64,000 nt of DNA from Meyerozyma guilliermondii (Eukaryota). Location of the stretch: contig CP128817.1 of assembly GCA_051546255.1 (NCBI GenBank), forward strand, positions 372,001 through 436,000, written 5' to 3'. Made by a program: the position numbers and the translations under genes. Shown here in pieces: positions 1 to 8,863 of this stretch. Position 1 is the stretch's first letter. Each line of letters begins with the position of its first letter. The notes beneath the pieces are model-generated. The model was not told the DNA's origin. It was given only the letters and a program-made list of their open reading frames with translations, and made no database searches.

Positions 1-2
1 TT

Positions 3-1592
3 TCCAAGGACCTTGTACACTACTTGAACCTTTTATCCAAAATTACCGGCTTAAGTTTTGATTCCTCGTCATTGCAATTGACACCCGAAAAAATCCATCT
101 TTCCTTTCTTTATCAAAAGTATAACCCAAACTTACTCCAGAATGATAAGTCAGAATTCATTTCAGATGTCTCGAAAGGTTGGTCTGCCGTGGGGTTTTAT
201 TATTCGTATCTTGCTACCTACGACTCCCCAACTAAAGACCTTCTTGAGGCTAATGTCTCCTGTGTACTTTTGTACTACAAGCGCAGTTTGATTGTGAACC
301 CCACTGGCAACAGCGAGTTATTATTCGCGTATGCATTGGCCTTGGCTCACGCTGGTTTCCTTGATCCTGCCTTAAAGTTGTGCAAATTCATCCTTAGAAA
401 GTTTCCTGAATCTTTTGAAGCTTGGAACTTGTTGGTCTTGATTCAAACTGCCATCGAGTCTAAGAACCCTGATGTCGTTGTGACAAAGAAGCCAGCGAAC
501 GAAAACGTACTCAATGAGCTCAACGAGGTTCCCAATGGCCACGATAATGGTACTCGTGAACTGGAGAAATTGATCAATAATGCCCTTAATGTCGCAGGTA
601 TTTATATGGGTAAGCATCGCAATAACCCTTACAAGTTTGGATACACAGTCAAGCATAACATTTTGCAATTGAAGCTTACCCAGTTGGCAGTTTGGGAAGC
701 TATCTACGGAACTCATTACGTTATGGAATACTTGCACGACGTTTTTGTATTCTTTCATGAGTTGTTTGACGTCAACGTTGCTCCCAAAGGTGTTGAACCA
801 GTGTCAACTCCAGCCAAAGATACAGCTAAATGGTCTCACCGACCCAGCGTCATTGATCCAGATGTACTGGATACTGCCCGTTCTGAGAAGGAGCCTGATC
901 ATTCTAATGGCCTCTCGCTTACTAGGACCAAGTCGAATCGACTCACTCGGCGGTTTTCTCGTCTGGCGCCCAAAAGCTCCAAAGAAGTCCCCCTTCCAAA
1001 TGGCGCTTCCAAACATAAAGTCGATCGTCCTGAGATGAAGTTGAGTAGTCAAGAATCTCAGCTTTTGCAAGATCTTTGGCTCTGGGCATTCAAGTTATAC
1101 TACAAAGTCGGTCAGTTTGAAGAAGCTGAACAGTGTATTGTTGAAGCTGAAACTGCACTCGCACCCAACTACAATACTCATGCTTGTCTTGGAATGCTCA
1201 CATCGAAAGAGCGTAAGTTTCTCTCGTTACAAGAATTCGAAAAAGCATTAGAAGAGGTGGAGGACAAGAAGAACAGTTTCCACAAATCGGCCTACGGGTG
1301 GGCTCTCCTCGGATTGTGCAAGTTGTTCGTTATTGATGACGAGCCGCAAAACTCGTTGTTTATATCTTCTAAAGATAAAAATGCCGGTTTAATTCGGCTC
1401 AAAAACTACTTGGAAGACTACGCAAGATGTTGGCCGTTCGGCTATAACAGTCCAGAAGTATGGTGGTATTTGAGCTTGGTCTACGAGAAAGTTGATGACA
1501 AGATATTGTACGCCAAGAGTCTTTGGCGTACGGTTGAATTGGAAGACTATAGGCCTGTCCGAGGGTATGAAACTTGTAGTCCATACAAGTGA
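3..1592 (+). CDS. YPP1: Ypp1/TTC7-like TPR scaffold of the Stt4 PI4-kinase complex, 5'-partial
   Basis: Frame is open from base 3, so the start lies outside the window. TPR-like helices (EAWNLLVLIQTA, LQLKLTQLAVWEAIYG, EEAEQCIVEAE, SPEVWWYLSLVYE) and the C-terminal VELEDYRPVRGY motif match Ypp1. Confidence 0.8.
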   Translation, partial: SKDLVHYLNLLSKITGLSFDSSSLQLTPEKIHLSFLYQKYNPNLLQNDKSEFISDVSKGWSAVGFYYSYLATYDSPTKDLLEANVSCVLLYYKRSLIVNPTGNSELLFAYALALAHAGFLDPALKLCKFILRKFPESFEAWNLLVLIQTAIESKNPDVVVTKKPANENVLNELNEVPNGHDNGTRELEKLINNALNVAGIYMGKHRNNPYKFGYTVKHNILQLKLTQLAVWEAIYGTHYVMEYLHDVFVFFHELFDVNVAPKGVEPVSTPAKDTAKWSHRPSVIDPDVLDTARSEKEPDHSNGLSLTRTKSNRLTRRFSRLAPKSSKEVPLPNGASKHKVDRPEMKLSSQESQLLQDLWLWAFKLYYKVGQFEEAEQCIVEAETALAPNYNTHACLGMLTSKERKFLSLQEFEKALEEVEDKKNSFHKSAYGWALLGLCKLFVIDDEPQNSLFISSKDKNAGLIRLKNYLEDYARCWPFGYNSPEVWWYLSLVYEKVDDKILYAKSLWRTVELEDYRPVRGYETCSPYK

Positions 1593-1779
1593 AAAATTTC
1601 CGAACCACTAAGGTAATTGACCAATTTGAAAATATGTAAAAGTTAACGCTTTAATAGCGTTAGAGACAGTTAATATCCAGACATTTGCTATTTAAATGTA
1701 ACACTCTGCCCTGCATGCTTATGCGCAGGCAGCTGCGACATGATTTAGCTCAATCTTCAAGTGTTGAGAAATCATAGAA

Positions 1780-2385
1780 ATGACTGAAGTTGAGCCCAAG
1801 TCAGTACTCTACTGTGGTGTATGCAGCTTTCCTCCTGAGTTCTGTGAATTTGGAGGCTCGTTCAAGAGATGTAAGGAGTGGTTGGAGCAAAACGATAAAG
1901 AGTTGTATGAAAAACTTTATAGTGAAGATGCTTTAGCAAATGCCACATCGACCTTGTCGATAGACAAAGAGCAAAAAATAGCCAAGGAATTAGAGAAGAA
2001 ACAGGCAAAGGAAGAAGCCAAGCAAGAGAGAGAGTTGAAGAAACAATTAGCGTCAAAAGTCACTATAAAGAGAATCGAAAGGAACAAGAGAAAGCATGTA
2101 ATTGCCATTTCTGGTTTGGAGGTGTTTGATATCGACATGAAGAAGTTGTCCAAGACGTTTGCCTCCAAGTTTGCCACTGGTGCTTCTGTCACAAAGAACG
2201 CTGAAAAGAAAGATGAAATAATAGTGCAAGGCGATGTCAGCGATGAGGCGAGAGCGTACATTGAGAAATTGCTTGAAGAAAAGGGTTTGAACGAAGTCAA
2301 GGTTGAGCAGATTGACGACAAGAAGAAGAAGAAAGCAGCCGAGGCCGCTGAGGCCGCCGCTGCCGCTACAGGTAATAAAAAATAG
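1780..2385 (+). CDS. TMA22: Translation machinery-associated protein 22 (DENR homolog, SUI1 domain)
   Basis: N-terminal YCGVCSFPPEFCEF zinc motif and SUI1-like domain (KFATGASVTKNAEKKDEIIVQGDV). Confidence 0.95.
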   Translation: MTEVEPKSVLYCGVCSFPPEFCEFGGSFKRCKEWLEQNDKELYEKLYSEDALANATSTLSIDKEQKIAKELEKKQAKEEAKQERELKKQLASKVTIKRIERNKRKHVIAISGLEVFDIDMKKLSKTFASKFATGASVTKNAEKKDEIIVQGDVSDEARAYIEKLLEEKGLNEVKVEQIDDKKKKKAAEAAEAAAAATGNKK

Positions 2386-2424
2386 TTGTCTATAAATACA
2401 TATCGTAATTCTCAATTCTCATAT

Positions 2425-3594
2425 TCAATCATATTTCAGCTTCCATACCCATGAAGTTCCAATTTCCGACGATTTGCCTGATTTGATTAATATCCGATAC
2501 AAGTGGGCTATCCTCCGCTTGGATACAAACTTGGAAGCTTTGTATTTTGAGCTGAACTTGTTAACACCTTTGATATTAGAGCTTCCGAATCCGTCCATAA
2601 GGCCCCAAATCGCCATATTACAGCAATCTGTATCACCACTCATATGGGCCCCTATTTCCCAAATATCGGTGGCAGAATCGAAGTCATGGTGCATCTGAAG
2701 GTACTGGCCAATGTTAAAGAGAGACATTCCAAGCACAGACTTGTAATCTTTTTCTAAAAATCGATTGAGACAAATCAATTCGTGTGCTTCAAAATACTCT
2801 TCATTTAGCACTTCATTAAAGTATCCAAGATTAGTCAAGTTATTGTATAGGAGACCAAACCGGGCGGCACTACGAAAGTTAGCCATTATGGCCCTTCGAG
2901 GCTCACTATTGTCGTAAGACAAGCGCCAATTTCCCAACATTGCCTGAGCCAAGGGCATGGGTAATGTAACGTGAGCCAAGGTCGTCAACACGACCAAAAG
3001 TTCACCAGAAGTGGTGTTTGTGTTTTTGGAGTATAAATCCAACATTTGGTCCAAGACACCCAAGTCTTTAAAGAGATCTTTAAGTGTTTGCACCAAAGCT
3101 TCATTTGAGATGTACAGAATCTCAACATTTGGAACTTCGAATTGCAATTTCTCATAGCTTTTGTCTGCGTGCATTAGATGGCACATTATGTTATCGCCCT
3201 TCTTCTTCAATATAGGATAAGTTGTACCACTTTGAGTGATTCCCGAATACTCAAAACGAGGATTGAACAAGTGATCTATAATATCACCAAAAAGGCATTG
3301 TTCTAGCAAAGCACCCCAATTGACGTCTCGATGTCGATGGTATGTTTCCAAAGTACGCCTGAGCGTATTAAAGTAAGCTGTTTCTTCTGGAGTATCATAT
3401 CGAATCAGTTTCTTGTGGGGAAATTTGAGTAAGTTTTTAAAACGATCCGATTTTCCAACAAGCTTCAATTCAGAGTCATCAGATAGAGCCCCCTCCGAGT
3501 ATATGGAGCTTGTGGTCGAGTGCTTGGAAGACGACGTAGCAGGAGCACCTATATCATCGGCAGCATCGACGGTGATGTTAAAAAGAGCACTCAT
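2425..3594 (-). CDS. Dsf2/Nif1-like protein with degenerate Sel1-like C-terminal repeats
   Basis: First ATG at 3594 (MSALFNIT). C-terminus AHLYR...EIGTSWVWK(S)KYD resembles the GNSWIWKxKY end of fungal Dsf2/Nif1 proteins. Confidence 0.55.
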   Translation of the reverse strand: MSALFNITVDAADDIGAPATSSSKHSTTSSIYSEGALSDDSELKLVGKSDRFKNLLKFPHKKLIRYDTPEETAYFNTLRRTLETYHRHRDVNWGALLEQCLFGDIIDHLFNPRFEYSGITQSGTTYPILKKKGDNIMCHLMHADKSYEKLQFEVPNVEILYISNEALVQTLKDLFKDLGVLDQMLDLYSKNTNTTSGELLVVLTTLAHVTLPMPLAQAMLGNWRLSYDNSEPRRAIMANFRSAARFGLLYNNLTNLGYFNEVLNEEYFEAHELICLNRFLEKDYKSVLGMSLFNIGQYLQMHHDFDSATDIWEIGAHMSGDTDCCNMAIWGLMDGFGSSNIKGVNKFSSKYKASKFVSKRRIAHLYRILIKSGKSSEIGTSWVWKLKYD

Positions 3595-3673
3595 AAATGA
3601 GATCAAAAAAACGCGAAATATTAAATTAATAGTCTCATGCTAATACATTTGGTCATTATAATACATCCTAACA

Positions 3674-5008
3674 TTAGGAAATGAGCTTTGATATCTTTGG
3701 CACATTACTTTCTGTTTCTAATTTCTTTTCAACCTCGGAAACATTCAAGTTTTTGATTGGGGGAAGCCGGACCTCTCTATCTGAATCTTCTCCAGACGAT
3801 TCCGACTTGATTCCTGGTATTACGGTTGTTGCCGAGGTTATGACAGGCTTCACGGAGCCGATGATTGGAGTGCTCTCGGCACTTTTGCTTAGCTGCTGGC
3901 TAATGCTGATGGTGGCGCTCAGCAACGCTGGAAGTGCGGTATAAGATCCTGCAATACCTCGAGGAATAACGGGCACTTTTTGAGGTACCTGGTCGTCTTT
4001 TTTCAACGATTGTGGAGAATTGTGGGACGATGATGCACCGGTGGCCATGCTTATTGGGGGAGCCAGAATCGACAGTGGAATTGGAGTCACTGGAAGCTGG
4101 AGGTCCCGTCGAGATGAGGTGAAATCTGACGTAGAATGCGGACTTGTGGAAGGCTGTGAAGGAGGTCCATTCAGTGGCCTTTGCTGCGAAATTCCTGGAA
4201 TCAGTTCGGACCCCGAACGGTTAGATGCAATGGGATGTCTTGAATTAGTGGGATTTTGCATTGAGCCTGGGCCGGCAATTGGGGGAACTACTGGTTGCAT
4301 TGGTGTTTGATGTGGATGAGGTGGTTGACCATTTCCGTCTTGGACCATGGGCACCTGTGAGTATATGACTGGTACTTGACCCGCCATCACTGGCATTTGC
4401 GAGTACTGTATGGGACCACCGATGGGCTGAATTGAAACAAGTGGACCGTATGGAGACTGGATAACGTGCTGTGGGGGTACCCCTTGGATTAAAGGGTACG
4501 GCACTGCAAATGAGTGACCTGCGGGTGCAATTGAGCCAGATGGAGAAGACGCACTGCCAGCAACCATAGATCCCGGAGGGGGTGGAGCCTGGGAATGAAT
4601 TACTACTGTCTGAGGATCTTGACCCGGGAGGGCGTGAACAGTCATCGGCATGTGAGGGCCCACAGGCCCCAGTTGCGGGTCTTCATTTTCATGAGCGGGT
4701 CGATCCTGGCGAATATTCTGATTATGCTGAGCCATGCGGAGCGCACTGCGTGCCGACGAATCAAGATTCAAATAGGCACAATGAAGTTTCCCCTTGGTAC
4801 AGTTGAGACAAGCAGGCAAATTCTCGTCACATTTAATTCTTCTCTTCTTGCAAGTTCCACAGCCTAGATGGGAATTTCTATGCTTTCTTCTGGAATTTTT
4901 CTTCTTTTTTATTGAAGCATCGGAACCTGGCTGATCGGCGGGTTCATCCAAGTCATCCTTCTTCGGAGGAGGAACTGGATTTTTGAGTGCCACCGAAAAG
5001 GACTCCAT
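3674..5008 (-). CDS. Zn(II)2Cys6 transcription factor with a Pro/Gln/Ser-rich disordered tail and no middle homology region
   Basis: RRKHRNSHLGCGTCKKRRIKCDENLPACLNCTKGKLHC, an Upc2/Ecm22-type binuclear cluster signature. Confidence 0.9.
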   Translation of the reverse strand: MESFSVALKNPVPPPKKDDLDEPADQPGSDASIKKKKNSRRKHRNSHLGCGTCKKRRIKCDENLPACLNCTKGKLHCAYLNLDSSARSALRMAQHNQNIRQDRPAHENEDPQLGPVGPHMPMTVHALPGQDPQTVVIHSQAPPPPGSMVAGSASSPSGSIAPAGHSFAVPYPLIQGVPPQHVIQSPYGPLVSIQPIGGPIQYSQMPVMAGQVPVIYSQVPMVQDGNGQPPHPHQTPMQPVVPPIAGPGSMQNPTNSRHPIASNRSGSELIPGISQQRPLNGPPSQPSTSPHSTSDFTSSRRDLQLPVTPIPLSILAPPISMATGASSSHNSPQSLKKDDQVPQKVPVIPRGIAGSYTALPALLSATISISQQLSKSAESTPIIGSVKPVITSATTVIPGIKSESSGEDSDREVRLPPIKNLNVSEVEKKLETESNVPKISKLIS

Positions 5009-6378
5009 TGTCGGAGGTGATGGACGCTAGCAAATGGTTAGAATTGTAGCGTTTAGTGAAAGTCAGGTATACAAAACTTTGTTGTAATCAACGAATGAGC
5101 AAAGATATGCCGAATTGCCGAACACGATGCAACAATGATTTGATGATGGGTAGTGAGAAGTACGGATATGCGGGCCGACGCGGTGATTGCAGGGAATTAA
5201 AATACACTATTAAACCAACCAATTTGATCACAAAAGATACTAATCGTTGAAAACAGATGTTAGATTTGGTTTATTTTTTTTTGTGGCAGCTTGTCTCCCC
5301 TCGTAACTTTTTTTAGGCGGACACACCTCGCTGCATGAAATGTAACACAAAAATGTGCGTCGTAAATATCATTCGAAGCTTTATAATATACGGGGCGTTC
5401 ACAACACAGCCTTCCCCTGCGTATTACGAGGTCCATTTTGAGACGAATCGTAAAAAAAAATTTGGGGGTTAATGAGGGTAGTTAAACGTAAACTAAGAAT
5501 AACTATGTAAGTCTATGTATGCCCGCATCATGATTGGTACCAACGAGCCATTTGTTGCTCGCAGCACCCCTTAACTTTGGAGGGCAGCACTGCATAGTGA
5601 CTGGCGTAGGCACACAGTGCATAAATGGGACAATTAGATGCAGTAGTGCATCGATCAGGTGCATAAAAAATCCCCGCGTGAAACGCGGCAATTCGGCCAG
5701 ACTTGAAAGGCTAAAATTGTTCTTGGGTGAAACAATCTTTGACAACGGAATCCCGGTCAATTTCATTGAGGGAAACTACATCCGAAACTCTAATTTTTTT
5801 TTGATTGCAACGTCATCAGTTATTTTTAACATTTGGTCACCGTACATGTACTCGATTTCACAAGCGCGAGCACAAGCTGACATCAGCACGCAGACGATGG
5901 CATTGCACTTTGTGCTCCTATGGCGTTGTTTATCTGCAGCTTTCTGCAAGGTTCGAGTCGTGAAATATACCCGGTTACCCCGTTTAGGATAGTTATAACG
6001 AGTACATAGTTAGTAACCTACTATTTTCTTCATGTATTATTTTTTTCGTAACAACGCGGTTTATATGCAAAAAAGCGTATGCACGTCTCTAAATGGACAA
6101 CAAATATTTAGCCTGTTCCAACTGCATACGCCGTGCCTCAAACCGTAAATGGATTTCTATTATTCACCATCCGCCATCACCTATTATTCCGTCGTGTGCC
6201 GGAGAGTTACACGGTCGTCAATAATGACTCCCCATTCATATCATGCATTGTGCCTGTATTAACAATAGACTGCAGACTTGACATCTAGAGGGAAATTTTT
6301 AAACAATAGGCGTTGCGAGCGTTGGTGCCGTAATCGTCCCACCCTTAAATTTTAAGTCTAATGGTAGGTTTTTCGGAT

Positions 6379-8778
6379 TTACCGCCTATTTATGTCAATG
6401 TCAAAATTGTCTTTGGTCGCTGGAAGGTAAGATTCATGAAACCTTTGCATACGTTTTTTCCACCATTTTTTTCCCTCATGCCTCGTAATCTCTTCCATAT
6501 AAATATCATCGTCTTTTTCTCCTGTATCTTGCTCACCCTCCATTGTAACAACCCATTTGTCGTGCTTGGGTCGAATCTTGTACTTGCCGCCAAGAGCGAG
6601 GTCCTTGGCGACAATTTCGCGCGTTCTACCTAGGGACTCGATTGCAGCCACACGTTCTATGGTTTCATCGAGAAGCTCGTCGAATCGAGGCTGTGATGCA
6701 ATTTCATGAAATGCTCTCATCATGGGCACCGAGTCGGCCCTTACCCGTGACTCGGAGTCGATGGTGAAAATATTCAAATTGTCATATTGTTGAATGTAGT
6801 CTGCTCTCGTCATGATTTGTCTGGCTCGCCAAAGTGGAAGCTCTGGTAGCTGATGGTCCTTTTTTTCGTCTTTGGGATCTGGGATATCTTTGGCTAAAAG
6901 CGAGTTCAACCTCCGCCTATCCATCTCTACAAACTCCCGCATTAACATCATTGCACTGGTGCTAAACTTTCCACTCTCCATGACATCATCGTCCATTTCT
7001 TGACCTAACAAGCCACATTGATTCAAGAACCATGTTTTTTCTCGGTCGATAATTTCATGGCAAGCACGAAGTATATCCTCGTGACGAGCCACTTGCGACA
7101 CATGCTGGGGTCTACCTCCTATAAGATCGTAGATCTGATTGTTAAGCTCGTCGTTGAGTTTAAGATGCGGGAATTTGTTGCTGGGGAAATGGGTTTCTCG
7201 ACTATAATGGAGCGCCTTGACGGTTTCTTGTCGGCTCAAATCTCTGACATTAATGAGCTCCAACCTTGTGCCTAGCTTCTTGAGCTTTTCATAGACCCAA
7301 TAGTCGTCCAGATTGAAGATCATGGTCACAAGACCCGATCCGCTCAAACTTTCTGCTTTTTGTTGTAACAACTCAACGAGTTTAATGCCCTCTTCATTCT
7401 CCTTCACCAAATGGGCATTGTTGATAATGAGAATCAAAGGACGTCCCTCCTTCCGTGAAGCTCGCCGCAATGCCACCTCTTCCAATTTGCCAAAAGCTCG
7501 CTCAATATCCAACAAAGCCGTAGTGTCTCGAGGTCCTCTGATGCTAAAAAGAGAGCCAATGTAATCTTCAGCATAGGCAAAGTTAAGTGCCTTGCCTAGC
7601 CGAATTCGAAAGATTTCTGGATCGGCATGTGCATCAAACATGGCAACATTGTACCCGTCAACCTTCTTCATCGCTTCGAGTAATAACGACGTTTTTCCCG
7701 TACCTTTCTCTCCGATAACCAAAAAATATCGTCCAACAATATCACCTCTAATAATATCGTCTAGTAACTTTTGTTGTGGTCTTTCAACCCAGTATTTCAT
7801 AAGGTTTGGATCTTCTTTGCCCTCTGCTTTCTTGGCTGTGAGTTTGTGCATTGATAACTGATAGGCAGGATCTCCATCATCAAATGCCCGATCGATTTTA
7901 TCCAATACATGTACATTGTACATTCTGTGGTACATGATTCCAGCCACCCCAAGAATTGCTAGAGAACTGAATGTGATTCCAATGGTCTCAATGCACTTGA
8001 GACAAAACTTGCCAAAACTTCGCATCATATTGCGGAACCTATGTTTCGGCGACTCGGTCTCGTCTTCCACTTCTTCTTCTAATTCCTCCTCTTCTTCCTT
8101 TTCTTTTCGCTTTCTCTCCTTCTTCTCTTCTCGGGACTCATCTTCTGGTGGACCATTTCCATTCCCGTTTCCATTCCCTCCAGGCGGGCTAGAACCATCA
8201 GTTTGTGGCCGTTCAGCATCTCCTGCTTTTTCAGGTCCCTCTGATTTCTCGCTGGAATCTTTCGTCTCTTTCTTTACCTCGTTGCTCTCGTTGCTGGAGT
8301 CCGAAGCCTTGTCCTTCTCAACAGCTATTTGTGATACCTTTTTGCTTACTGCCATGTTGAGCGGAACCGTATCATTGACCGTCTTGTACTCCTTGTCAGC
8401 ATTCTTTTTGTCGCTTTCATAGTTTCTGCCTGGTTCTTTCTCATCTGACTCATCTGACTTCTTGTCATTTGATTTCTTATCATCAGACTTGGACTTTTTG
8501 CCATTCAGTTTGTTTCCATTCTCCTCGTCGTCTTCCAAATCTTTCTCCACATGCCTCTTCTGTTTGATAAGCTTCTTTTTCTCCTTCTTTAGCTTCTTAT
8601 TTGCTTCCTCCAAATCATCATTTTGCACGTCCTCAAGAATGTCAAACGGTAATAATGGATTTATGACTCTTGCAGGAAGACTGGCGTGGAATTGGCGTCG
8701 CAATGGGTACGAATAGTGGCTATAAACGAGTGGGTGGTGGCATCTTGCCAACTTGATCCGCCCTAGCCAGCGATACAT
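6379..8778 (-). CDS. Uncharacterised mitochondrial membrane P-loop NTPase-fold protein
   Basis: Arg-rich presequence (MYRWLGRIKLAR...RRQFHAS), long K/E/D-rich region, one hydrophobic segment (IGITFSSLAILGVAGIMY), and Walker A GEKGTGKT. Confidence 0.75.
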   Translation of the reverse strand: MYRWLGRIKLARCHHPLVYSHYSYPLRRQFHASLPARVINPLLPFDILEDVQNDDLEEANKKLKKEKKKLIKQKRHVEKDLEDDEENGNKLNGKKSKSDDKKSNDKKSDESDEKEPGRNYESDKKNADKEYKTVNDTVPLNMAVSKKVSQIAVEKDKASDSSNESNEVKKETKDSSEKSEGPEKAGDAERPQTDGSSPPGGNGNGNGNGPPEDESREEKKERKRKEKEEEEELEEEVEDETESPKHRFRNMMRSFGKFCLKCIETIGITFSSLAILGVAGIMYHRMYNVHVLDKIDRAFDDGDPAYQLSMHKLTAKKAEGKEDPNLMKYWVERPQQKLLDDIIRGDIVGRYFLVIGEKGTGKTSLLLEAMKKVDGYNVAMFDAHADPEIFRIRLGKALNFAYAEDYIGSLFSIRGPRDTTALLDIERAFGKLEEVALRRASRKEGRPLILIINNAHLVKENEEGIKLVELLQQKAESLSGSGLVTMIFNLDDYWVYEKLKKLGTRLELINVRDLSRQETVKALHYSRETHFPSNKFPHLKLNDELNNQIYDLIGGRPQHVSQVARHEDILRACHEIIDREKTWFLNQCGLLGQEMDDDVMESGKFSTSAMMLMREFVEMDRRRLNSLLAKDIPDPKDEKKDHQLPELPLWRARQIMTRADYIQQYDNLNIFTIDSESRVRADSVPMMRAFHEIASQPRFDELLDETIERVAAIESLGRTREIVAKDLALGGKYKIRPKHDKWVVTMEGEQDTGEKDDDIYMEEITRHEGKKWWKKRMQRFHESYLPATKDNFDIDINRR

Positions 8779-8863
8779 ATGTTGCCAAGAGGAATTCTTT
8801 TGACTTGAAATCGCGTTTAGAGGTGTGCATGCGGCGCGATGGAACTACTGATTAAAGTACTAA

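Noticed and set aside
5503..5992. 87- and 152-aa ORFs in the long TF promoter
   Set aside because: No coding-like composition or motifs; probably spurious.
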